In this document: piece after piece, positions 8,565 to 21,669 of the stretch
How positions within the stretch are numbered: the stretch's first letter is position 1
Layout: the number at the start of each line of letters is the position of its first letter
From: Clostridia bacterium
GTDB taxonomy: Bacteria; Bacillota; Clostridia; Oscillospirales; CAG-272
Assembly: GCA_017481595.1 (NCBI GenBank)
Contig: JAFUOY010000017.1
Coordinates: 5,117 to 69,116 of the forward strand
Reading direction: 5' to 3'
Length of the DNA: 64,000 bases
Program-made: the position numbers and the translations under genes
Notes under the pieces: model-generated
Seen by the model: the letters and a program-made list of their open reading frames with translations, nothing else
Told to the model about the DNA's origin: nothing
Databases searched by the model: none

Positions 8565-9921
8565 TAACGTAGAGGTACGTGATGACGGCCATAAGTACGC
8601 ATTGTATCCTATAAAAAAGGGAGAAAACGTAATAAAATACGGCTCTCCCATAGGTCACGCAACGGCGGATATTGAGGTCGGTCAGCACGTTCACACCCAT
8701 AATCTGAAAACAAACCTAAGTGGCAATCTTGAATACTCCTACGAATATAAGGATTACGGAATTACGTACACAGGGTCCGACAAATTCTTTTACGGATACG
8801 TAAGAGAAAACGGGGATGTGGGTATAAGAAACGAGATCTGGATAGTAAATACCGTAGGATGTGTCAATAAAACGGCTAAGATCCTTGCCGAAAGAACGGG
8901 AGCAAAATACTTTCCCCACCCTTACGGCTGCTCCCAGCTTGGGGACGACCAGGATATAACGAGGAAAATACTTTGCGGTATGATAAAGCATCCTAACGCC
9001 GCGGGAGTTTTGGTCCTTGGTCTCGGATGCGAAAACAGTAATATCGGCGAAATTAAAAGGGTGCTTGGAGAGTATGACGAAAAGCGGGTAAAATTTCTTA
9101 ATTGCCAGGACGCAGAGGACGAAATTGCCGAGGGAGTGGCTATAATTGAGGAATTGAAAGCGTATGCTAACACCTTTAAGAGAGAAAAAATAAATATAAG
9201 CCGCCTGCGCCTCGGCTTGAAATGCGGAGGAAGCGACGGATACAGCGGCATTACCGCAAATCCCTTGGTGGGCAGTCTTTGTGACAGGCTCGTTTCCTTT
9301 GGAGGCAGCTGCGTCCTTACCGAGGTGCCCGAAATGTTCGGGGCGGAGCATCTTTTGATGGAAAGATGCGTAAGCCGTGAGGTGTTTGACAAGACCGTTA
9401 AGCTTATTAACGATTTTAAGGACTACTTTACAAGGCATAATCAGGTAATTTATGAAAATCCCTCTCCCGGAAATAAGGCGGGCGGAATCACCACCTTAGA
9501 GGAAAAATCCCTGGGATGTGTACAAAAGGGAGGACTTTCTCCCGTTGTTGACGTCCTTGATTACGGTGACACCCTTTCAAAAAACGGTCTTTCCCTTTTA
9601 AACGGCCCGGGCAACGATATAGTGGCGGTTACTAATCTTACGGCGTGCGGCGCCCATATGATATTATTTACCACGGGCAGAGGAACACCCCTCGGCGCGC
9701 CTGTACCCACGGTCAAGATAGCCACCAACCGCGCCCTTAGCGAAAAGAAGAAAAACTGGATAGATTTTGATGCTTCTCCAATCCTCGACGGAGAGACTAT
9801 GGATAAAATAACCCACCGTTTCCTCGACTACGTGTGCGAAATTGCCTCGGGTAAGGAAACGAAAAATGAAGAAAACGGCTACGCCGAGATCGCGATATTC
9901 AAGGATGGCGTAACCCTTTAA
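8545..9921 (+). CDS. uxaA: Altronate dehydratase
   Basis: SAF N-terminus, HPYGCSQLGDD, KCGGSD, ENPSPGNKAGG, FKDGVTL. Confidence 0.94.
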   Translation: MRIHINDNVEVRDDGHKYALYPIKKGENVIKYGSPIGHATADIEVGQHVHTHNLKTNLSGNLEYSYEYKDYGITYTGSDKFFYGYVRENGDVGIRNEIWIVNTVGCVNKTAKILAERTGAKYFPHPYGCSQLGDDQDITRKILCGMIKHPNAAGVLVLGLGCENSNIGEIKRVLGEYDEKRVKFLNCQDAEDEIAEGVAIIEELKAYANTFKREKINISRLRLGLKCGGSDGYSGITANPLVGSLCDRLVSFGGSCVLTEVPEMFGAEHLLMERCVSREVFDKTVKLINDFKDYFTRHNQVIYENPSPGNKAGGITTLEEKSLGCVQKGGLSPVVDVLDYGDTLSKNGLSLLNGPGNDIVAVTNLTACGAHMILFTTGRGTPLGAPVPTVKIATNRALSEKKKNWIDFDASPILDGETMDKITHRFLDYVCEIASGKETKNEENGYAEIAIFKDGVTL

Positions 9922-9931
9922 GGAGAATAAA

Positions 9932-11320
9932 ATGAGCTACATCAAGGATAATTTTTTACTTAAAAACAAAACTGCAGAGCTTCTTTACAACAGCTATGCA
10001 AAGGATATGCCCATATTTGACTACCACTGTCACTTACCCGAGAAGCAGATCCTTGAAAACAAGTGCTTCAACGATATTTTCGAGATCTGGCTTGCAGGAG
10101 ACCACTACAAGTGGAGACTTATGCGTAATTATGGCGTAAACGAGGAATATATTACGGGCAACAAGTCCAATAAGGAAAAGTTCCTTACCTATTGCAGAGT
10201 TCTTGGTACCGCATTCGGTAACCCCCTTTACCATTGGTCACAGGTGGAGCTTAAGGAATATTTCGGCTGTGAGCTTGAAATAAACGAGAAGAATGCAGAA
10301 GCAATCTGGGATCAGTGTAATTCCTACATCAGAGCAAACAACATTACTCCTCAGTACCTTATTGAAAGCTCCAACGTAAGCCACGTTTTCACCACCAACG
10401 AGGTCTTTGACGACCTTACTACCTTTGTTGATATAAAGAAAAAGGGCTACAAATTCGAGGTTATTCCCGCATTCCGCGGCGATAAGATAATGAATATCGA
10501 GGCAAAGGGCTACCTTACCTTCCTTGGCAAGCTTGAGGCTCTTACCCATAAGATAGAGTCCATTTGCGACCTTGAAAACGCACTCGAGATAAGACTTAAG
10601 GAATTTATCAAGGTTGGTACAAGAGCAAGTGATATAGCCGTTGAGCAGGTTTACGACGTGCCTACAAAGGAAGAGGCTGACGCAGTTCTTAAAAAGGTTA
10701 TAGGGGGAGAGGCTCCCACAGTTAAGGACAGCGAGGTATTCAAGGGATATATTACCTACTTCCTTATGAAAATGTACGCGGAATATAAGATAGCTACTGA
10801 GCTTCATATAGGAGCAATGAGAAACAATAACGCCGTAATGCTTGAAAAGCTTGGTCTTGACACAGGCTTTGACAGTATTTCCGACACCAACAGTATCGGT
10901 AAGCTTTCCCGCCTTATGGATAAGCTTAACTCCGAGGGTAAGCTTCCTAAGCTTATTATCTTCAACTTGAATCCCAAGATGAATGCAGAAATTATGACAA
11001 TTATGGGCTGCTTCCAGTCCGACGAGGCAAGGGGAAAGATACAGTACGGCCCTGCTTGGTGGTTCCTTGACAATAAGGTAGGTATGGAAAGACATCTTGA
11101 GGACCTTACCGCAACGGGACACCTTGGCGCCTTCGTGGGTATGCTTACCGACAGCCGTTCACTCCTCTCCTATCCCAGACACCATTATTTCAGAAGAATA
11201 CTTTGCACATATCTGGGCACACTTATAGAAAATGGAGAAATGACCTCCGATATGGACGTTGTATCAGAGGTAGTCAAGGACGTTTGCTACAATAACTCCA
11301 TAAATTATTTCTTTAACTAA
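9932..11320 (+). CDS. uxaC: Uronate isomerase
   Basis: DYHCH, GDHYKWRLMR, AWWFLD, GMLTDSRS. Confidence 0.94.
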   Translation: MSYIKDNFLLKNKTAELLYNSYAKDMPIFDYHCHLPEKQILENKCFNDIFEIWLAGDHYKWRLMRNYGVNEEYITGNKSNKEKFLTYCRVLGTAFGNPLYHWSQVELKEYFGCELEINEKNAEAIWDQCNSYIRANNITPQYLIESSNVSHVFTTNEVFDDLTTFVDIKKKGYKFEVIPAFRGDKIMNIEAKGYLTFLGKLEALTHKIESICDLENALEIRLKEFIKVGTRASDIAVEQVYDVPTKEEADAVLKKVIGGEAPTVKDSEVFKGYITYFLMKMYAEYKIATELHIGAMRNNNAVMLEKLGLDTGFDSISDTNSIGKLSRLMDKLNSEGKLPKLIIFNLNPKMNAEIMTIMGCFQSDEARGKIQYGPAWWFLDNKVGMERHLEDLTATGHLGAFVGMLTDSRSLLSYPRHHYFRRILCTYLGTLIENGEMTSDMDVVSEVVKDVCYNNSINYFFN

Positions 11321-11346
11321 TCTTTAACTAATAAAAAGGGGCAAAA

Positions 11347-11877
11347 ATGAAGCTGTTTGTTACAAGACACGGAGAAACCACATGGAACGTGGAATGGAAG
11401 GTAAGCGGAGTTACGGACGTAGAGCTTACGAGCCTTGGTATCTCCCAGGCAGAGGAGGCTGCAAAAGCCCTTGAAAACGAGAAAATAGATATCATCTTTG
11501 CTTCCCCCTTAAAAAGGACAAGACACACGGCGGAAATAATCAACTCAAGGTGCAACGCGCCCATTATTATAGATCCCCGCCTTACGGAGCAGGATTACGG
11601 TATTTACGAGGGCGTACACAGAAAAACAGAGGGCTTTCTTAATAACAAAAGGCAGTTTGCCGTTAAGTACCCCGGTGGCGAGTCAATGTTTCAGGTCGGC
11701 TACAGGGTGTATGCGTTCCTTGAGGAGATAAAGAAATCCTACGCAAACAAAAACGTTCTTCTCGTTACCCACGGCGGAGTTTGCCGCGTTATAAGAACCT
11801 ATTTTGAGGATATGACAAACGAGGAGTATTTCGAGTTTTCACAGGGAAATTGCGAGATAAGAAAATACGAAATCTAA
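11347..11877 (+). CDS. Histidine phosphatase (phosphoglycerate mutase family)
   Basis: RHGET, ASPLKR, VTHGG. Confidence 0.9.
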   Translation: MKLFVTRHGETTWNVEWKVSGVTDVELTSLGISQAEEAAKALENEKIDIIFASPLKRTRHTAEIINSRCNAPIIIDPRLTEQDYGIYEGVHRKTEGFLNNKRQFAVKYPGGESMFQVGYRVYAFLEEIKKSYANKNVLLVTHGGVCRVIRTYFEDMTNEEYFEFSQGNCEIRKYEI

Positions 11878-11878
11878 C

Positions 11879-11913
11879 AAAAAAGACACCTTTTGCAAAA
11901 AGGTGTCTTTTTT
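11879..11913 (+). terminator. Intrinsic terminator of the uxa operon
   Basis: AAAAAAGACACCTTTT-GCA-AAAAGGTGTCTTTTTT. Confidence 0.85.
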
Positions 11914-12077
11914 AAATGTCCCCATAAGACATTTTTGTATGTCCGCTTTTCCCCCCTCAAAAAGTAAAAAATTAACTTTTATTAAAAAATTCACATCTAA
12001 TTTATTGACAAGAGAGAGGAAATAATATAATATAAATTTATAACTCGCGCAAAAATATGTGTAAGAGGTGTAATATT

Positions 12078-12504
12078 TTGAAAAAAATAGACAAAACGGT
12101 CATAGTGGAGACGAAATTTATAGGCGCATGGATGCTTATATTTTCCGCTCTTATGCAGGCTGTATTTTTAATTATTGGCAAATGGGATTATACCGTGCTT
12201 TTGGGTAATTTGCTCAGCGGAGTGGCAGGAATTATCAGCTTCTTCGTCCTTGGTCTTACTATTGTAAAGGCGGTATCCTCGGGAGATGCGGAGTACGCAA
12301 AGAAGTTTATGAGCGCTTCAACGGCGGGAAGGACCTTTTTCCTCTTTATCGTGGCGCTGCTGGGAGTTTTGCTCCCCTGCTTCAATACTATAGCAACCCT
12401 TATTCCCATAATTTTCCCAAGGCTTGGACTTCTTATCCGCTCCTTTATGGTAAAGCGTATGGACAAGAACAGTAAGTCAGGTGACAATGGGGAGGTGGAT
12501 AAGG

Positions 12505-12512
<8 letters not shown>
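12078..12512 (+). CDS. atpI: ATP synthase protein I
   Basis: 4-TM protein heading the atp operon; probable TTG start after GAGGTG. Confidence 0.7.
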
Positions 12513-13735
<1,223 letters not shown>

Positions 13736-13749
13736 TACGGAGGTTTAAT

Positions 13750-14262
13750 ATGCAAACGTTGGAGATCATCTCTGTCAACATATGGCATATCGTGGTTTCC
13801 CTCTTAAACCTTTTGTTACTCTTTCTTATAGTCAAAAAGTTCCTATTTAAGCCCGTTAAAAAGGTTCTTGATTCCCGTAAGGAGCATATAGACACTCAGT
13901 ATTCCGAGGCGGAGAAGGCCTTGAACAACGCAAAAGCGTCGGAGAGGGAGCTTAATGAAAAATTAAGCGCGGCTCACAAGACGGCGGACGATATTTTAAA
14001 GGAGGCTACCGCCCAGGCGGAAAACCGCAGAGAAAATATAGTAAAAGAAGCGGAAAACGAGGCAAGCATCATAATCCGTCAGGCTAAGGCAAGCGCAGAG
14101 CTTGAAAAGAAAAAGGCGGAGGATGAGATAAAGGAGCAGATAGTGGATGTTTCCTCGGCTCTTACGGAAAAGCTGATAGAAAGAGAGATCAATACGGAGG
14201 ACCACAGAAAGCTTATAGATTCCTTTATATCCGAAATGGGAGAGCTGAGTGATGCAGAATAA
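13750..14262 (+). CDS. atpF: ATP synthase Fo subunit b
   Basis: N-terminal TM, KKFLFKPV, coiled coil; ATG 13750 after GGAGG. Confidence 0.93.
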   Translation: MQTLEIISVNIWHIVVSLLNLLLLFLIVKKFLFKPVKKVLDSRKEHIDTQYSEAEKALNNAKASERELNEKLSAAHKTADDILKEATAQAENRRENIVKEAENEASIIIRQAKASAELEKKKAEDEIKEQIVDVSSALTEKLIEREINTEDHRKLIDSFISEMGELSDAE

Positions 14263-14785
14263 CGTAGCTAAGGAGTACTCAGAGGCGCTTTTCATCCTCG
14301 CCTGTGAGGAAAAAAAGGAAAAGGAATATTTGGATGAGCTTAAATTGACAGAGAGCCTTATTTCAGAAAATCCCGAATATATGCTTCTTCTTTCCTCCCC
14401 GAACGTAAAAACGGAAGAGAAGCTTTCGGTACTGGAAAATACATTTTCAAATCATTTAAGCGAGAGCGTAATGTCGTTTTTATTGCTCCTTTGCGAAAAG
14501 GGACGCATTACCGACCTTAAGCTTTGCGTGGATGACTACGAAAGATTATATAACGAAAAATGTAAGATCCTTGTAGCCCGTGTTACCTCCTCCGTGGAGC
14601 TTACCGAGGGCGAAAAGGAGAAAATACGCATAATGCTTCAGAAGAAGCGCGGCGTTATGGTTGAGCTTATATGCAAGGTGGATAAGAGCATCCTTGGCGG
14701 TGTTATTATCGAAACGGAGGACACCGTAATAGACGGAAGCCTCAAGACCAAATTACGTAATGTAAAGGAAGTGATGAAGGCGTGA
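14249..14785 (+). CDS. atpH: ATP synthase F1 subunit delta
   Basis: [23 protein letters not shown]. Confidence 0.93.
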   Translation: MMQNNVAKEYSEALFILACEEKKEKEYLDELKLTESLISENPEYMLLLSSPNVKTEEKLSVLENTFSNHLSESVMSFLLLLCEKGRITDLKLCVDDYERLYNEKCKILVARVTSSVELTEGEKEKIRIMLQKKRGVMVELICKVDKSILGGVIIETEDTVIDGSLKTKLRNVKEVMKA

Positions 14786-16275
14786 GGGCAAGACCTGAAG
14801 AAATCAGTAATATAATTAAGGAACAAATAAAAAATTACAGATCCCGTATCGAAATGAAGGAAACGGGTACGGTTATTCTCGTGGGTGACGGTATTGCCAA
14901 GGTATACGGCATTACTGAATGTATGGCAAGCGAGCTTCTTGAATTTGAGGACGGAAGCTACGGTATGGCGCAGAATCTTGAAACGGAGACCGTATCGGTG
15001 GCTATTTTGTCCGATAACGGCTCCATTCACGAGGGAACGCAGGTAAAAAGAACGGGGCGCGTCGTTTCCGTTCCCGTAGGAGAGGGAATGCTTGGCAGAG
15101 TAGTTGACGCTCTCGGTATGCCCATAGACGGAAAGGGCGACACAGGGTGCCGTAAAACAAGACCCGTTGAGTCGGAAGCCCCCGGAATTATCGAAAGAAA
15201 AAGCGTAAGCGTGCCTCTTCACACGGGTATTATCGCTATTGACAGTATGATACCTATCGGCAGAGGTCAGAGAGAGCTTATTATCGGCGACAGACAGACA
15301 GGTAAGACTGAAATCGCCATAGACACTATCATAAATCAGAAGGGCAAGGACGTAATCTGTATTTACGTTGCCATAGGACAGAAAAGCACCTCCGTGGTAC
15401 AGCTTGTAAACGAGCTTACAAGGGCGGGCGCTATGGAGTATACTATAGTTGTTTCCGCCTCCGCTTCTCAGAGCGCGCCGCTTCAGTATCTTGCGCCCTA
15501 TTCGGGATGCGCAATGGCGGAGTATTTCAGAGAAAAGGGCAAGGACGTGTTGATTATTTATGACGACCTTTCAAAGCACGCGGTAGCCTACAGAGCTTTG
15601 TCCCTTCTTATAAGACGTCCTCCGGGCAGAGAAGCATACCCGGGTGACGTATTCTATCTCCATTCAAGACTCCTTGAAAGGGCGGCTTGCGTGGATGAGG
15701 CATACGGCGGAGGCTCAATTACCGCCTTGCCTATTATTGAAACTCAGGCGGGCGACGTTTCCGCCTATATCCCCACAAACGTAATTTCAATTACGGACGG
15801 ACAGATATTCCTTGAGACGGAGCTGTTTAACGCAGGCATTATGCCCGCTATAAACCCGGGTATTTCCGTATCCCGTGTAGGCGGCTCAGCCCAGATAAAG
15901 GCTATGAAAAAGGTATCGGGCGAGCTTAAGCTCCTTTATTCTCAGTACAGAGAGCTTCGCTCCTTTGCTCAGTTCGGCTCCGACCTTGACGCGGATACCA
16001 AAAAGCGCCTTGCCCTTGGCGAAAGAATCGTTGAGGTGCTTAAGCAGGGCAGAAACTCACCCATTCGCGCAGGCTCTCAGGTAGCTATCGTCTACGCGGT
16101 AATAAACGGCTATTTTGACAACATTCCCGTATCCCGCGTAAAGGAATACGAAAAGCTTATTTGCGAAAAGCTGGAGCACGAATACACAGCCCTTCTTGAA
16201 AGACTTGAGGGCGGTCAGTACGAAAAGGAAGACGTGGAGGAGATGAAAAAGGCTCTTTCCGAAATTATGAGGTAA
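14782..16275 (+). CDS. atpA: ATP synthase F1 subunit alpha
   Basis: [32 protein letters not shown]. Confidence 0.97.
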   Translation: MRARPEEISNIIKEQIKNYRSRIEMKETGTVILVGDGIAKVYGITECMASELLEFEDGSYGMAQNLETETVSVAILSDNGSIHEGTQVKRTGRVVSVPVGEGMLGRVVDALGMPIDGKGDTGCRKTRPVESEAPGIIERKSVSVPLHTGIIAIDSMIPIGRGQRELIIGDRQTGKTEIAIDTIINQKGKDVICIYVAIGQKSTSVVQLVNELTRAGAMEYTIVVSASASQSAPLQYLAPYSGCAMAEYFREKGKDVLIIYDDLSKHAVAYRALSLLIRRPPGREAYPGDVFYLHSRLLERAACVDEAYGGGSITALPIIETQAGDVSAYIPTNVISITDGQIFLETELFNAGIMPAINPGISVSRVGGSAQIKAMKKVSGELKLLYSQYRELRSFAQFGSDLDADTKKRLALGERIVEVLKQGRNSPIRAGSQVAIVYAVINGYFDNIPVSRVKEYEKLICEKLEHEYTALLERLEGGQYEKEDVEEMKKALSEIMR

Positions 16276-16277
16276 TT

Positions 16278-17093
16278 ATGGGAGCAGATATTAAAAGCCT
16301 GCGCACCCGTATAAAAAGCGTAAGCTCCACCCTTCAGCTGACTAAGGCAATGGGCCTTGTGGCGTCCTCAAAGATCCGTAAGGCGCAGCTTGTCCGTACA
16401 AGAGCTATCGAATACTCAGACAGCCTTGCATCCATAGTAGACGTGCTTACCTCCTCAAGGGAGTGTCAGAAGAGCCCCTATTTAAAAATGGGGGAGGGCG
16501 TGTCTGAAATTGTGGTAATTGCGGGAGACCGCGGACTTGCGGGTGGCTATAATGCCAATATTTTCCGCTTCCTTCGTGAGATGGAGAATATAGAAATTAC
16601 TCCCGTTGGCAAAAAGGCGTGTGAAAGATTTACGGCGGAAATAATCTCCTCGGAGCATTTTTCCCACTCCGACGCCCTTTTGATGGCAACAAGGCTTTGC
16701 AACGATTTTAAGGAGGGCAAGTGCGCAAGGGTAGGCGTGGTATATACGAAATACGTGTCTATGATAAGCCAGGTGCCCGATATAAAATGGATACTCCCCC
16801 TTGAAAAAAAGGAGGAGCAAAAAACGGGCGGGGCTGTGGCTATATTTGAGCCTGATGAAGCTTCAATGCTTGAAAAAAGCGTACCCCTCTACGTTGCGGG
16901 ACTTCTTTACGCCTGCGTAAAGGAAAGCTTTGCCTGTGAGGTGGTGGCGCGAAGAAGCGCAATGGACTCCGCAGGAAAGAACGCTACATCTATGATAGAC
17001 GAGCTTATGCTAAAATACAATCGCGCAAGACAGGGAACCATTACTCAGGAAATTACAGAAATCGTGGCAGGAAGCGGAGAAGGAGAAAATTAA
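16278..17093 (+). CDS. atpG: ATP synthase F1 subunit gamma
   Basis: LTKAM, DRGLAGGYN, YNRARQGTITQEITEIVAG. Confidence 0.95.
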   Translation: MGADIKSLRTRIKSVSSTLQLTKAMGLVASSKIRKAQLVRTRAIEYSDSLASIVDVLTSSRECQKSPYLKMGEGVSEIVVIAGDRGLAGGYNANIFRFLREMENIEITPVGKKACERFTAEIISSEHFSHSDALLMATRLCNDFKEGKCARVGVVYTKYVSMISQVPDIKWILPLEKKEEQKTGGAVAIFEPDEASMLEKSVPLYVAGLLYACVKESFACEVVARRSAMDSAGKNATSMIDELMLKYNRARQGTITQEITEIVAGSGEGEN

Positions 17094-17122
17094 AAGCCGT
17101 CAGCTTCTCAAAAAATCTTAAA

Positions 17123-17167
17123 AGCCTTCCCTTGCGAGGGAAGGGGGACCACGTAGTGGTGGATGAG
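17123..17167 (+). repeat. REP-like family 1 unit (AGCCTTCCC...GGGAAGG...GGATGAG)
   Basis: Two-hairpin unit; related copies at 23808, 36671, 46541, 46731. Confidence 0.8.
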
Positions 17168-17219
17168 TAGTAAAAACGTATAATTTACTCATTAAAAATT
17201 GTTCAAAAAACTGTATTAA

Positions 17220-18886
<1,667 letters not shown>

Positions 18887-18930
18887 TAAATATTCCAACA
18901 AAAACAGATTATTATAAGAAAATCCTTGAC

Positions 18931-19000
18931 GTAGGGGCGACCATTGGTCGTCAGCGCGTTTAAAGGATGATTCTTGCGGACGTGCAATGCACGCCCCTAC
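18931..19000. repeat. GTAG-type REP inverted pair
   Basis: GTAGGGGCGACCATTGGTCGTC ... GGACGTGCAATGCACGCCCCTAC. Confidence 0.8.
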
Positions 19001-19053
19001 AAGCGCTATTTGAAGAAAGTCTGTTTCTTCTGCCGTTGAGCTATAATAATACT

Positions 19054-19085
19054 AAAAACCTCCCTTTTACACAAGGGAGGTTTTT
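19054..19085. terminator. Bidirectional terminator between atpC and the GH31 gene
   Basis: AAAAACCTCCCTT...AAGGGAGGTTTTT. Confidence 0.8.
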
Positions 19086-19090
19086 GATTT

Positions 19091-21418
19091 TTAAAGCTTT
19101 ACAATTATTTCGGTGTCCGTTGGTTTAAGCGTAATGCCAAGGTCGGATGCGGTCATATCCGCGCCCTTAAGGGAGCTTATCTTTTCTACGTTACGAAGCA
19201 CGATATTTGCGCCGTCGTACAGTTTATCAAGAATTATTGACACAGTGTCGCCCTTTTTCTCCGCTTTTACGGTAAGAATTGCATTTGCATCCGTTGAGTA
19301 TACGGTTGCTTCCGCCTTATGGGAAAGCTCAAAGATATGCAAGGAAAGATCCTTTGAATAATCGTAGTCGGGTCTTGTGCGCTCGCCGCCTATGGGAAGG
19401 ATGGTATTTTCCTTTACGTAAAGAGGCAAGGAGAAGAAATCGTAGGTATCGTTATACCATTTTCCTCCTACGCGTGTCTCGTTTGTAAGAAGATGGGTCC
19501 ATTTTCCCTCGGGCAAGTAATAGTCCACGTTGCCGTTTTCCTTGAATACGGGCGCGACTAAAATATCACCGCCAAGCATATATTCGCGGTCAAGGTAAAG
19601 GGCGTTTATATCATTTTCAAACTCAAGAGCCATAGCGCGCATTACGGGAATACCCGTCTTATGAGCTTTTATTGCATTTGCGTAAATGTAGGGCATAAGG
19701 GAGCATTTAAGCTCGGTAAAGTGCTTCGTCACCGCGCAAGCCTCCTCGCCGTTTTCCTCACCCTCCTTGCTAAAGAGCCATGGAACTCTGTAGGAGGTGT
19801 CGCCGTGGAGTCTTGAATGTGTGGACAAAAGTCCGAATGCCACCCAACGCTTGAACAAATGATGGGGAGCCGTGTTTGCAAATCCGCTTATATCGTGACT
19901 CCAGAACCCAAATCCCGACATACAGAGGGAAAGTCCGCCGCGTAAGGACTCCGCCATAGAGGGATAGTCCGCGGTGCAGTCACCGCCCCAATGCACGGGA
20001 AATTTCTGTCCGCCTGCGGTTGCGCTTCTTGCAAACAGTACCGCATTTCCCTTGCCCTTGCACTCCTCAAGAAGCTCGAAAACGCACTTGTTGTAAAGGT
20101 ATGTGTAGTAGTTATGCATACGAAGAGGGTCGGAGCCGTCAAAATATTTAACGTCCGTAGGCACTCTTTCGCCAAAGTCGGTCTTAAAGCAGTCAACGCC
20201 CATCTCAACAAGAGCGCGGAGCTTTGACTTGTACCAGGCGCAGGCGTCGGGATTTGTAAAGTCAACGAGGCCCATTCCAGCCTGCCATCTGTCCCATTGC
20301 CATACGTCGCCGTTTTCCTTGTTTAACAGGAAATTATTGTCCATAGCCTCCTTAAAGAGGGGGGATTTCTGTCCGATGTAGGGGTTTATCCACACGCAAA
20401 CGTGGAGTCCCTTTTCCTTCATACGCTTAAGCATATTCACAGGGTCGGGGAAAACTCTTTCATCCCAGGTGAAATTACACCACTCGCTTTCCCTCATCCA
20501 ATAGCAATCGTAATGGAATACGCTTAAGGGGATATCCCTTTCCTTCATTCCGTCAACGAAGCTTGTAACTGTCTTTTCATCGTAGGATGTGGTAAAGGAG
20601 GAGGTGAGCCAAAGACCGAAGGTCCAGGCAGGGGGTAATGCGGGATAGCCTGAAAGGGCGCAATAGTTGGACAACGCCCCCTTCATATTTTCTCCGCCGA
20701 TTATCATAAGGTCTATTTTCTCACCGGGAACGGACATCTGCACTCTTGACACCTGCTCGGAGCAGACCTCGTAGGACACAGGGCCCGAATCGTTTACAAA
20801 AACTCCGTAGCCCTTGCTTGAAAGGTAGAAGGGTACGTTTTTGTATGCAATTTCCGTACAGGTGCCGCCGTCCTCATTCCACATATCAACGGTTTGTCCG
20901 TTTTTAACAAGGGGTGTAAATCTTTCTCCAAGGCCGTAAATTTTTTCGTCAATATCCACGCTTAAGTGGGCGTCCATATAGGTTTTTGCGCCCTTGGTAA
21001 CGTGGGAAATATAGCTTCTGTACCATTTCTTTGCAAAGGAGGTAAGATAGCGGTCCTTGTAGTAGAAATCAAAAAACGCAGGGTTTTTGTTTATCTCAAG
21101 GCGCATATTCCCGCTTATAACGGTGAGGGACGTGTCCGTTTCCGTAATATCAAGGGGCTGCGGGTCCATATCAAGCTCGTATTTCGGCATTTTAGCGCGG
21201 GAGCCTGCGTGATGGCGCGCCTCCACTCTTATAACGTCCTTTTTCGGGGATGTTATTATAAGCTCAATGGCAGAGCCCTCAAGGGATCTTTTGTTCTCGT
21301 TATAGTTTACTGTAAAAAGGTACAAGGAGTCCTTATCGTATCTTGCCTCACGTATCTGAGCAACCTCAGTTGTGCTTGTACCGGGCAGATCTACCCACGC
21401 TCCGCATCTTATTTTCAT
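19091..21418 (-). CDS. yicI: GH31 alpha-xylosidase
   Basis: GLGERF, FGLWLTSSF, KTDFGE nucleophile motif, HWGGD, HSRLHG. Confidence 0.92.
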   Translation of the reverse strand: MKIRCGAWVDLPGTSTTEVAQIREARYDKDSLYLFTVNYNENKRSLEGSAIELIITSPKKDVIRVEARHHAGSRAKMPKYELDMDPQPLDITETDTSLTVISGNMRLEINKNPAFFDFYYKDRYLTSFAKKWYRSYISHVTKGAKTYMDAHLSVDIDEKIYGLGERFTPLVKNGQTVDMWNEDGGTCTEIAYKNVPFYLSSKGYGVFVNDSGPVSYEVCSEQVSRVQMSVPGEKIDLMIIGGENMKGALSNYCALSGYPALPPAWTFGLWLTSSFTTSYDEKTVTSFVDGMKERDIPLSVFHYDCYWMRESEWCNFTWDERVFPDPVNMLKRMKEKGLHVCVWINPYIGQKSPLFKEAMDNNFLLNKENGDVWQWDRWQAGMGLVDFTNPDACAWYKSKLRALVEMGVDCFKTDFGERVPTDVKYFDGSDPLRMHNYYTYLYNKCVFELLEECKGKGNAVLFARSATAGGQKFPVHWGGDCTADYPSMAESLRGGLSLCMSGFGFWSHDISGFANTAPHHLFKRWVAFGLLSTHSRLHGDTSYRVPWLFSKEGEENGEEACAVTKHFTELKCSLMPYIYANAIKAHKTGIPVMRAMALEFENDINALYLDREYMLGGDILVAPVFKENGNVDYYLPEGKWTHLLTNETRVGGKWYNDTYDFFSLPLYVKENTILPIGGERTRPDYDYSKDLSLHIFELSHKAEATVYSTDANAILTVKAEKKGDTVSIILDKLYDGANIVLRNVEKISSLKGADMTASDLGITLKPTDTEIIVKL

Positions 21419-21475
21419 AATAGCATCCTTTCTTTATGATTTATTGAATAATTTTAATTATTACCTCTTACTTTG

Positions 21476-21661
21476 TTCATTCAATAACGTTATTGAATGA
21501 ATTGATGGCAAACCATCATGAATTGAAGCTTTTGCTTCATGATTTCTCGCGCTTGCGCTCCATGATTTGAATTGCAACCTTTATGCGCCGCAGCGCAATT
21601 CATGGCGAAGCCAATTCACGAGAGGTTACGCTCAATTCATGCAACGCAGGTTGCAATTCAT
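21476..21661. repeat. Hairpin array B (ATGAATT/AATTCAT linkers)
   Basis: Left hairpins joined by ATGAWTT, right hairpins by AATTCAY; starts with a 26-nt perfect palindrome. Confidence 0.8.
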
Positions 21662-21669
21662 TGCTATGC

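Noticed and set aside
11914-11936. TGTCC-CATAAG-GACA-like motif shared with 44579-44592 as an operator
   Set aside because: Only two imperfect copies with different spacing, one lying between convergent genes; not enough support.
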